The notes under the pieces are model-generated. The model made no database searches, was not told the DNA's origin, and saw only the letters and a list, made by a program, of their open reading frames with translations. The position numbers and the translations under genes are program-made. DNA of 50,163 nucleotides, counting the filler, from Sphacelaria rigidula (lineage: Eukaryota), in assembly GCA_964200075.2 (NCBI GenBank). It is 3 parts of 3 records of this genome, joined end to end, with 100 filler letters (N's around TTAATTAATTAA, not from the genome) between each part and the next. Parts side by side here need not be neighbours in the genome. Positions count along the whole stretch, not along the records: positions 1 to 16,658 come from CAXNAA020001288.1; positions 16,759 to 33,414 come from CAXNAA020001289.1; 1 more part is not named here. One strand, 5' to 3'. Shown in pieces: positions 11,657-23,500 of this stretch (position 1 is its first letter; each line of letters begins with the position of its first letter).

Positions 11657-14600
11657 CGCAAAAAGTATATCCACCTATATAGCTGGATCCTTATTTCCAC
11701 CGTGACCTTTTACCATGACTGATCCCGCGTTGTTTTTTTCTAATTCGGGAGCCCACATTTCTTTAATCAGCTGCCCATTACGGATGTTTTCAAACAAAGT
11801 GGGTTCGGGTTACGAGCAAAACCAGAGCCAAGTTTTTGAATTTGAGAGCGCCACCTCTACAAACCCGCTCAGCGGGCAGGTGAACAGCACGCACATAGTT
11901 CACATGAACACAGCTACACGCATAGAAGGTCAGAAGGTTTCGAGGTTACAAACTGAGCCACCGGGGCGACCGGCATACAGCAGAGACAAACACAAAGAGG
12001 ACCGACGGAGTATCGAAGTCCAGCCAGCACGAGTCAATACAGTGTTTGCGGAGACCAAATTCGGGTCAGGACTTGGACTTTGTATTTCCCCCGAAGTTCA
12101 ACGTCAGCCCAACGTCCGATGGTTACGTTTCGCTCGGGTTGGACTTTCAATAGGAGATACTATTGGACGACTAATGTGCGGAAATAATAATAATAATTGA
12201 CCAACAGGCGTGACGTGTAGCGTGTAACCGTCCTCCCGACAACGCGCACCACACCAGCCACCTCGCTGCTCTCGCGAATACCAGAGCACACGCCCAGAAC
12301 ATGGCGAATCAACGGGGGATGGTGTGGTAGTGGTGTTCTTTTGAGGTCAGCACAGCAACATATGCCCAAAGAAACAGTATTTTGAGCACAACTTGACACA
12401 GAGAGCGATTGACGTGACGTGTATCCGCTTGGCACAGAAGTTGTTGTAGACCAGGAAAATCATTTTGATAACAAGTCATGAATCACATGGGCACAAACGA
12501 CGTACTTTTTACTTGTGGTCTGTCTTTGCCGCCTGCCTGACCCCTCTTGTGTTGCCAACATAACTTCACATTGCAGTGTTGTTGTGCAAGACTAAGCAGA
12601 GACACCAGTAGCGTGCAGTAGACTGTGTTCAGTGCAGAACGATGCACGCTCATTGTTTCTTGCTGCCGAGTCCAGCGAAGATATACATCTGCCACTGACT
12701 TGGTCGGCACTTGAGTCCGGGTGGGAGTAACCTCGTCAGGGTTTCTCCTGTACTATTTTCTCTGTATTTGCGGAGCATCTAGGTAAACTCCACGTGGGTG
12801 AATAACAGAGAATAGGTCGTAGCGTAAAGTGTATCAGCCGTGTTCAGTCCCAAGCCAAGTATGATTCCTCCAAGGGGCGGTAAGTACTTTGGTCCCACCC
12901 CAACTCTGTCCAGACGGAAACACCGCATGCAGCACTACAACTGTCCAGGAACCCTCCAGCGCACATCGCACCGTGAACATCGTGAACTGTTTAGATGCGC
13001 GATAGCACAGCGACAACTACAGCATATAAATTGTGGGTTTGGGAAGCACCCTGTTCGTTTGACTCGAGATGAAATAGCCAACACACCATGAAGGTGTCAA
13101 CACAGTGTCTATTGTAGAGAGCACTGCGTGTTGACAGCATTATTTTTCGAAGAGACGAACGCCACGACAGTAATGAAGAAACTCTCGCTGCCAGTCCCAA
13201 CGGAGACCAAACCGTCTTCAAAAAGACCTGGAGACACCCCGAAGCAGCGACAGCTACAGCACAAGAGACAGCGCATGAGTGTGTCTGTGCTGCAACACAG
13301 TGACACAGGACATATCCCATGCGATAGGTCTTTCCCCTGATTTCGGATGGGCTAGATTTTGGCCGAGTGGCGGTTTGAAAACGCAGCGCTATATTTGCGC
13401 TTCGCGCCAAATAACTCATGTTTACTTTGGGTTATCCCCATCTATGGGAGGTGAGCCGATAATCAGCTGACTGGAGCACATCCAACAGACAACAGTGTAC
13501 AACAATAGTACTGACGGTACACAACAGCGATTAGCACAAACAACGTGATTGCGCAGTGTGAAGTTTTGGACCCCCAACGCGCTTAGAGAGGCATGCGGCT
13601 ACGCAACGAGTTTGCTGACTACTTCTGAGACTTGAGCAACCCTCGAGGTCACGGCCTTGAAAAACGACGCACCCCGGCCAACGGCCTACATCGGAAAAAC
13701 AGTGTACCGCGTACCGGAGAAACAGTTTTTCCGCTCCTGTACTGTACGCAGTACACTTCTATTCATGTAGTCTACTGTTGTCGAGGGTGCGCCATGACCT
13801 TGTGATATGTTTTCCTTCCCCGGCTTTTGGGGGCGATTACAGCAGATCCGCGCCGCTTTCTGCTCTCGGCATAGCTTCAAGCGTCACTCGCTATGCACCT
13901 ACCAACTCTTCAACACCGTCCAGCACAACGGGGTACGCACTGCTCGGGAGGCCGACCTTGGGCAACACTGTCTGTTCAACGTGTTCAAAAAGCAGTGCCC
14001 GACTGTCTGAAAAATTGTCTCACCCTGCACCTCGCACAGATGAGGATGACTCGAGGTGAGGTACAAGATTTTGGCGCGAAGCGCGATCATCGCCGCGCGT
14101 TTAAAAATCGGCACTCGTCAATAAAGGAGGACCCGTCTGAAATAAGGTAGAGAATGGGACATCGAGGCAGACAGCTGCTACCATCAATCGCTTGGGATAC
14201 AGCAGCTCCGTGCTGGCTCAGTTTGATTGCCCCAACCTGCACGCGTCCACCTTGCGTGTCTTTTCTGATCATAGCACCTGACTTTTCTGATCACAGCACC
14301 TGACTACAACTGAACTACCAAAGACCAGCTGCAGAGTCGTCCCGTACGTAATAATTTCAACTTTATGGACAGCACCTTGATCCCAGCCAAATTATGTGCA
14401 AACCGAAACACGGCATACGGCAGTATAACTGCTCAGGCCCTCTCCAGCGCACATCACGCCATGTTCGTCGTAGAGTGCTTGAATGCACAACAGTACAGCG
14501 GCAACTAAATACAGCATACAAATAATGGGTGTGGGAAGCACCTTGTTCGTTTGACGTGAGACGAAACAGTCAACAACGACAACAGTAGTGTATACAGCAC

Positions 14601-16157
14601 TGCCTGCCGAAAAACAAAATTTCGCTCATTTTCTGTAAAGACTAATGCAGTGACAGTCAGGCAACTGACGCACTCCCAGCGGAGATCAAACCGTCTTACC
14701 AAAGGTCCGAACACACCACAGCACACGTGACAGCTACAGGACATGAGAGAGAGCGTGAGTATGTTTGTGCTGCAGCACGGTGAAACAGCACATGTCCAAT
14801 GTGATAGGTCTTCCCTTCATTTCAGATGGGTCCTCAACTTTTGCCGAGGGCCGATCTTCAAACACCCGGCCATGATCGCGGTTTGCGCGAAAACCTTTCA
14901 ATTCACGTCGACTCAGCCTTATCTGTTGGAGGTGGACCGAAAAACGTGTCCTGCTGTATCGCATGTTTCCTTCCTTCTTATCTGAACTTCCATGCAACCC
15001 GGATACACGTCACGTTTGTCTCATGTTCGTGCTACTCGCTGTCTGTGTCAAGTTGTGCTCAACACTCCTTATTTGTGCATATGTTGCTGTGCTGACTTCA
15101 TGTGAACACCAATGTCACACCAAGCGTCTTCGGCGTATGGTGTGGTGTACGCCCTACGCGCGATGATAGAGCTGGTGTGGAATGTGCCGGGAGGACGGAG
15201 AACCCTTCGGGTCTGTCGACCAATAGCATGAACATCTGAAAAATCAAACCGAGGGAAGATCAAAACCGTCTTTTTGCTACGGACTTTGGGGGCAAATTTG
15301 CTTCCCAAAACACCGTACCGGTAAAGATCGAGAGGGCTTAAGATTGTTGGCCAATAGGAAAGACCGAGCCCAACCTGGCCCAACACAAATATTTGGTCTT
15401 CACATCGCCATAGTCGATGAGGTCTTTAAAAGCTTGTTGTTTAATCGAAGTAGGGTGACAGTTGCATCTTGCTCTGATCTTCACGATCAAACCCGAGTTT
15501 CATCCGCGCAAACACCCCAATGTTGAGCACGACGGAAAACACCCACTTTGATCTTTCATCATCCGGTGGTGTCGTGGATGAGATTTTGTTTCTCGAGATG
15601 ATGGGCACAAAACATACTGTACGATATAGACTTTACGGTAAAACGGTAGTACAATGAAGTGCCAGGGTGTTGCAGCAGGCAAGAGTATTCACAATACAGG
15701 CCGTGGATTTTGCGAACAGTACGACATTACAAGTATAGGCTATGCTTCGCAAACACGACACAGCTGTAGCCTGTACTTGTTATCTTGTACTACTCCATTT
15801 CCGGGTACAGGCTGTACTCTGCCAGGTTACAAGCACGGGCTGTACTCGCGAGCACAGTAGGTAGCTGTGCTTTGCCAATACAGTACAGTACTATACCGTC
15901 TTCACTGTAGGCTTCGAGGTCACATTCAGATGCACGTCCATGGCAGTGGATGTAGATGCAGAGGATATGACTACTGACTACTGCCTGCACTACGGTACTA
16001 CACGTGAAGGCTACACTTTGCTCACTGTGAGTGTGTTACTGCTGTGTACTGCCTGCACTCCGGTTCTACGCGTGAAGGCTTCACCTTCTTTGAAAACATC
16101 CGTGACGGGCAGCTGATTAAAAAATGTGGGTCCCCGTAGGTGGATATACTTTTTGCG
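11657..16157. mobile_element. Non-autonomous Mutator-like/foldback DNA transposon (4.5 kb)
   Basis: Perfect 21-bp TIR cgcaaaaagtatatccaccta (11657-11677 / 16137-16157), flanked by perfect 10-bp direct repeat catttattca (11647-11656 / 16158-16167). Degenerate inverted homology continues inward (11747-11800 vs 16082-16135; 12125-12410 vs 15035-15270). No intact transposase ORF. Confidence 0.85.
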
Positions 16158-16567
16158 CATTTATTCAAGTCTGGGAGTGGTCGGTGTTGAGGTGATTTTT
16201 TTCCTCCGGAAAGCTCGCTCCACATCAGTAGATGGATAATCTTGTTGCACTAGCGAGTGTCCTCCCTTTGCCTGTACCAGTCGGGAAGCACACGCCCCAG
16301 AGCTGCCACCCCACGTTTACCGTCATTGCGAAGGTAATAAGACAAGAGCACGAACAGCAGCTGTTGTGGCCGCTACACACCAACGTATCTACAGTGAGTG
16401 GGCATGGCGAGTATCCTTCGAAGTGTCGAACTACAGAGGGAGGGTTGAAAGAACAAAGCTGGCGGCTACTTCATGTCAGGGCTCCAGTGCAGAAAGGTCC
16501 CCTAGATCTTGTTTGTATGCGGGGGGCTGCCAAGTGCCGTGGACCGTCCGCACGAGAAGCAGCAAGT

Positions 16568-16611
<44 letters not shown>

Positions 16612-16620
16612 TCAGCAGCA
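16568..16620 (+). repeat. (CAG)n microsatellite
   Basis: About 14 uninterrupted CAG units. Confidence 0.95.
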
Positions 16621-16658
16621 TATTCGTTGCCAGTAAATGTACGTGGCTAGGGGTGGGT

Positions 16659-16758
16659 NNNNNNNNNNNNNNNNNNNNNNNNNNNNNNNNNNNNNNNNNN
16701 NNTTAATTAATTAANNNNNNNNNNNNNNNNNNNNNNNNNNNNNNNNNNNNNNNNNNNN
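16659..16758. other. Artificial contig spacer (44N-TTAATTAATTAA-44N)
   Basis: 100-nt linker with stop codons in all six frames. Confidence 0.97.
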
Positions 16759-19700
16759 CACTTAAAGCGAATGATCAAAGCCACTCTCAATCGTATAATC
16801 TACTCTCAATCCCACGAAAACACTGTTGAACGCGAAGGTATCTTGGAACGGTTTGAGCGGGTACAGCAAGCCATCCTAAGATGTCAACATCCGCCTGACC
16901 CCTTGTGAGGACATGAAGCGACGGAGAAGGACCACAAAGGCAGTTTTCAACAATAATTTTCTCGACACATGAGAAGAGGCCTTGGATCTAGATGTAGTGC
17001 ACATGGTGCCTCCTGCTCGTAATTCAGAGTTTAGTATGTAATCTCATGTGCGCCATCTTTAGATAAATGGCAAACTAGGTGAGGCCGAGGGTGAAATCGA
17101 TCGTTTCCCCGTGCTCCAGGAAATGTTCATATCAAACGTCGGAATCCGCTGAAGGTATCGTTCGGAGTCCGACAAAGACTCCGGTATGGACCTCAACTCC
17201 GTACGGTATGCGAGTTACTCGATATGGCTCTCCATCATCGAGAAACACTTGGCCCAGGCTTCCACACAGATGGGCAACTTCAAACTGATCAAACGATCAA
17301 TACGATGATGAGGATCACCTCCCAATTCGTCTGTTGTGTCGATGAAATATAGCTGTGAGAACGAAAGCCCGTCATCAGGCTGGCCCAGCTTGGAAGAGGT
17401 AGAACTGGACTCGCAGAGTTTCGGAAGAAAACTCCGTGCAGGTGGGAAGCGAAACCCCATCTGCGTCAAACCAATCAAATGACAACTTTTGAATGTCTTT
17501 CGTGCACTTCGTCGAAATCTACGGAGCCCTCTGATTATATTCCTCATCTTGTTGCCCTCCCTCATGGGAGTGAGAGCGAGGAACTCTGGTATTGCGCTAT
17601 TTTGCAGCCCCTTCTTCGCTGCTACTCATGTTCTTGTTCATCATCCGCTCCTAATAGTAGCACACACCCTATTACACCGTCTTATTTCTGCTGTAACTAG
17701 TGCTACAAGTACCAACAGCAACGAAATGTGAGGGCAGTCGAAGCTGATCAAGTACTGCTCACTACTCCAAATAAGGGCAATCATAGACAGCGCACAGACC
17801 ACAGAAGGTGGGTACAAAGACCAACAGAAGATTGCCTTCAAAACAAGGACAATCCGTCATGTGCAGCTTTCACCGTACAGTACACATCGCGCCCCGTAAG
17901 AGTTTACTACTCTCAAGACCCCGTGTTCTTCACCAAGAGGCGAATGCATGCACAGTTGGAAAAATCATGCAAGGTTCGAGAGGGGCCGGGTGAAGGCCGA
18001 GTGCCTCGCGCTCGGCAAAATCATACCTTACTTTCCGTTCGAGAAAAGCGGCCGCATATACTGCCAAACCGGAGGTTGTAGGCCGACAAACATGAAAAAT
18101 ATCCCGAGTCTTGATCTACACCTCAACACGATCAGTCTTTTTTGCCACCGGTCGGACGAGAAAAAACAAATCTGAAAACGGCTTGTTTGATTGAATCATA
18201 GCCTACGAAGCGTACGAATAAATCCTTGAACCTTGTTCTTTTATACAAGGTACTCATGGAAGAGCGCCGTATTTGCGTGGACTCTCATGATACACCCACG
18301 GTTAACTTTTTTCCCCTTCCGACGAATCATGATGCCCCGGAAATCGTGTATTTGAGGATTAGAACCACTCATCATCGGTTCGGCTCTTGAATCCCCCAAC
18401 CCCATCCCACCCAGCAAATTCAACATGAAACGCTAAATCAACTTGCAAGTATCACGCTATGATACACTCTCCCAGCACACCAGCGCGTCACAATCTTAGC
18501 ATGGGAATCTATGATGCCACCTCCAAAATATTGCCACCGATCGGAAATTTCCTTCCGAAAAAATGGGCCAAATCAGAAAACTGCGGGAACGTGCACGTAT
18601 TTTGGAGGTGGAGGAAAGATTGAATCAATTGTACACATGCACCACAAGAGTGTGTCCGTGTTTCAATCCGCACCTCGATAAAGTACTGTACTAGCGGCAC
18701 CATTTCGATCTATGGACGTCTTATTTTTTATTTTACTGCGAGGTGCGCGTGCTGCTTTTTCGCCGACAAGTCCACAAACCCGCGCAACAGTCGACTCCTC
18801 GTTATCTTTCATATGGGTCATATTTTGATACTTGTTTTGAGGAGTCAACGATACGCTGCTGTCGCCTACCGAAAGCAACGGTAATACCCGCAGTAATAAT
18901 AGCTTATATTTACAAAGCTCGATTTCAACACCGGCGATTACGGGGGCAGCCCACTCCTCCTCCAACGGATCATGATCCAGGCAAAAAATGCAACAAAAAC
19001 TGCAAGTACCCCCAAGCCCCATAAACACTTAACCTGACTCAGATTGCGCAGCACTATCGAAGCTGACATGCCAATCCACAGCCACACCAACCGGCGCCAA
19101 ACTCCGCACTCCGTACACCAACCATACGATTTACGATCTACATGCACAGCAGCACACACACACGTCACCACGGCACTACGGGTCACAGCAGTCCCGTGAC
19201 GAAAACTACTTCCCAAGAATTTTCGAGCCAAAAGACACACCGTACAAGAAGGAAAAAAAAAGCATTTCACTACCCCGAGACCAGAGAGGAGACATTATTA
19301 TTAGATGCAATCCATAAAAGTGTAAATGCTCGTCAAAACACAATTTAATTCGAAACTACATGACACGGAAAAAAAGGCGCTACAGCCGATGGCCTACCCC
19401 TCCCTTCTCCATTCCCCTCTTGCCTATCTTTTTACTTTGCACCACCTTGTTTTGGCAAGTAATGCCTACACATACACTACACATACATACGAACACACAC
19501 TACTCTCAGTAAGGCACGGGACACTCGCCACCGTTGCCAGCAACACACAGAACAACAGGGGTTGTTGAACTCTGTTGACTCATCAACAAGTAAGAAGGAA
19601 AAAAAATATCCACCCGGGAGAGGAAGCGACTATTTAACACTGTCAAAAGCATCACCTCTGCCCGAACAAGGGGAAAAAAACTTTGAAAAAACGCCTTTCG

Positions 19701-20313
19701 CATAAATCATTTGTATCCCGCAATATGATACGATATCGCCTTGGTCGACACAGTGCCCCGAACCGCGTATCCAGCCTCAGACGAAGATCTCCTTCCACTC
19801 AAGCGACCAACACTTCTATCATGCCGCAACTATAAAACTCGCCAGCCAAAGAACGGGGCATGACATACGAAGATCATCCCGCCAACATATATTTATCTAC
19901 ATGGACTTGACAAGGAAGCGATACACATGAGTGATTTTTCTTTTCCACCAACATCTTCTGCTCCGGCTGAAGCAAAGCACCAAACTCAGGGAGGCACCCC
20001 GCTTCTCTCAACAGCTGCCGTCATCTCTCCTTTTTTCTTTCCAGAACGTAATCCCATAATTGAACCTATCTACCGCTGAAATCAACAAGCTGTTCTACTT
20101 AATGTAGCGAAAGCGCAATCACAACACAATTCCCCGGCATTGCCGTGAAACATCCACACAACACCTAGCAAATTCAGAGAAAATACACAACACAACACAC
20201 AACACACACACTCACTCACTCACTCACCCGTGCGCTCACGTGAAAGCAGCCGTACGTTGCACCGCACCCCTGAACACCTACGCCCCACCGCAAACTACAC
20301 CGCCCACAAAACG

Positions 20314-20515
20314 TCACTCGTCAAGCTTTGCTTCCCTAAGCGGTAACATGGTTGACAATTGAGTCAGCTGCCGAGGCTCCGAACCTGCGCTGAAGAAGTC
20401 CTCCATTTGCATCTGTCTCTCTTTTTCTCGCTCTTCGCGCTCCCTGTCCTGCGCCTTGGCTTCTGCTTCGACCTGCTTTTGAGCTTCTGCCGCCACCTGC
20501 CGCATCCACTCGTCC
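20314..20515 (-). CDS. MAP2K terminal exon (charged, coiled-coil-like tail; stop TGA)
   Basis: cag| acceptor in phase 2 matches the donor at 21057; encodes ...[26 protein letters not shown]...AKLDE*. Confidence 0.7.
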
Positions 20516-23500
20516 CTGCACCAAATACCCGTACAAGAGCGGCATCATGATGACATGAACACCCATTCCATCTTTCCACTCTTTTCAAAATTCGAATTCG
20601 CGAGGCGAAGAGAGTACATGAGCCATCTGCAGACTCTTGATTGAATATACTCATGATCTCCTTCCAGGTTTTGATTTTTTTTCTTTCACGTCTCAGTCCA
20701 CCATGTCGTTCTGTTCGACTTTTTCGGTTCATTTTTTTTGGTCAGCGAGTGTTTCAGTGTTGTTTTTCTCGAGTATGACTATTATATGACCACGGCTGGA
20801 TCATGACTCTTGGGGCATCGCGTAAAGGACGACAATCAATTTATCAATTTTCTTCCAGGGTATTCCCCGCCTACACACGACATCTCATCTGTGGAACCAA
20901 TATTTTGAGAGAGCATCGCTCTCCAAGCCTTTGAACCTTAATGAAGCAACAAACCACGAGGCGGACAGTAAAAGACGGCATCTCAAAGTTCAGCAGAGCC
21001 ACAGAGGCACACTCCCGGGAAGAAGATATTGTGGCCATGTGAACACGATGACCCACCTCCACACAGCTTCCACCACCACGGCGTGGACTCCTACATGCGC
21101 TGCTAGGGTTTTGAAGGCATCCCTATCTAGCTGCACCTCTTCCATCACGCAGCCTAGCGACTCTCCTGTATTTTCGCAGCACGACGGCACGGCAACATGA
21201 GATGAAAAAAAACACCTTCATCAAACAGGGACAAGCACTGTGCAGTGCAAGCGAAATCACCCGTCCGAGCTGCCGTGTGCACGTGATTATCACGCTTCTC
21301 ACGTGTTTCAAGGGTTTTTTTAGCGAAAAAGAAACAGCGTGACTGCGAGAATCGACCGTTACAGTACACAGGGTGGGGTCTTATATTCTATGTCTCAATT
21401 GAGCGCCTTGCCGAGACGGGTGGGTTGCCGCCACTTGATTGGTTGATGCATTGTCGCACTTCAACTGACCCCCCAGGAGTCATGATCCAGCCGCTGTCAT
21501 GTTTTCATCACCTTCATATATCTTCCCTATTGATACTGCCATCTCTTGAAGGTTTCCAGGTTTACCCTGCGTAGGTACCATACGGACCATAGCACCCCGG
21601 GTGATGTGAAACCTTACCTCCATTTTTTCCTAGACTGCAGCGACAGCTCCTTCGAAATACTCGTTATTCTACATACCTCGTCAACATCTTCGAGGAACAT
21701 CATTTCATTTCAACCCTGCTCTTGACTTACAACTCCGTAGCCTTACGGAGGAAACAGTTGACGCTCAGCTCCATAGTACTTGCCGTGAAAACTCATCCAG
21801 AATGAACAAAATGTTTCGGGATCCTTCTCCACTACAAGAGTCGATTTTGGCTGGATATCAGGCAAGCCCTTTGGGCTATGCCCATGAAGGCGCTTGAAAA
21901 CATCTCTCATGCATATAAACATGTACATTTAGGCGTAAATCGTACACGATTTGGTGGTTCACGTGACCCCGAAACCCGCTCAACAGTCTACGACTATCAA
22001 ACACATCACAAGGTCATCGTTTTCAGAAAAGGCCTTTCGGCCGCATCCCTCCCCCCCCCTCCCCCCATGACGCTTGGTGATCGCGAGCTTGGTCCGCCAA
22101 AAACCCGGCGTGCTCCGTCCCGGCTTTTTAGGGGTGATAGGTCAATGGTCAGATGACTACGGCATAGAAGATCCGTGAGTAGACCTCTCATCATGGAGAA
22201 TTCAAATGATTGATGACTTATATTTTTCGTGATGAAAATCATGTTCTCATCAACACCTGCGAATGAAGGCACTCCATCTCTTCCTCCGTCGCTCCTAAAC
22301 CTGTCCATCAAAGCCGCAGTAGCGGTACTCGGGGGGGAAGACATATTTCCGCTGCTGCTGCCGAAGTACACATTGTTGACGCTGCTTCCCAACCCTCCAA
22401 GGGGCAAGCTGTCCATACCCGAACCCGCGGCCATGTATATACTGCTCCTGCTTCGACGCCTGCATCATCACCGGCCACGAGGTAGAGCAATTACGCCAGA
22501 CTTGGAGGAATGTCGCTACAAGTATGAGGATACCAGTACAAGAAATTTGCGACAGGTAGTTCGGAGCAATTGATCCTGATATCGAACGATACCCCATCTT
22601 GTGGGCAGCCAATGCCGCAGACCCCCGGGGGCATCCAGCATAGACTTCAGCCACCCCAAGGGCAGTTCCCCGCCCCTCCCTCGCTCCCCCATTTTTGGAG
22701 GGTGACACTTATTCCGTTTTTGCGGGGTGATTCCCAGCTTGTCCATGATCTTCGGTCAAGAGTGATACAATCTTCAACAGTCCGTGTACTTTATCATAGT
22801 GTCGTAGGCTAGTGGGCTAATAATAGGGGGTTATTATGATCATACCTCAATCCCCTGGTTTTGTTGATGTGGAACTTGGCCACCGCAGACAGTATGTGTG
22901 TCAGGCTCAGCACACGCTCTGCATACTCGTCCCTCTGTACACCAGGTCATGTTCGATTACACACAAGACGCGCAAAAGACAAGTCAAAGATGATTAAGGC
23001 CAAGAAACGCAGGATGTCCGAGGAATGACCCCAACAATACGAGGAAAATGTTTGTGGCGACAAGCAGCGTATATTACACCACTCCGTATCCCGACCCATG
23101 TCAACTCTCTAACACACGTGGGCACCCCTCAAGCAATAAATCAGGCAGCAGTAGCATGACTTCCTTTAGTGACACAATCGAGTTACCTTTGGAGAACGGT
23201 CACCAACAGTGGCGCCGGATTCACTGCCATAAGCAGCTCCAGGTCCGTTTTCGCGTATTGCTCTTGGCTTGTTTGCAGCAACCACGTTTCTTGCACTGAC
23301 CGCCTTAGGCTGATCCCTCCCCATGACAGCCGCCACTCCGCCAGGAATCTTGGCCGCTAATGCGACGCCTCGAAGGGCAGGCGGTACCTGTCGGGTTGAA
23401 GAGAGTTGCCGTCCAGGTAAAACTGACATTCAGGATAACTACGGGATATAACTCTCCGTGCACGATTGTGTCACCAGTCGGCTGATGGCCATTTGCGAAG

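Noticed and set aside
16703..16714. TTAATTAATTAA palindrome (also at 33459-33470)
   Set aside because: Assembly linker inside N runs, not biological sequence
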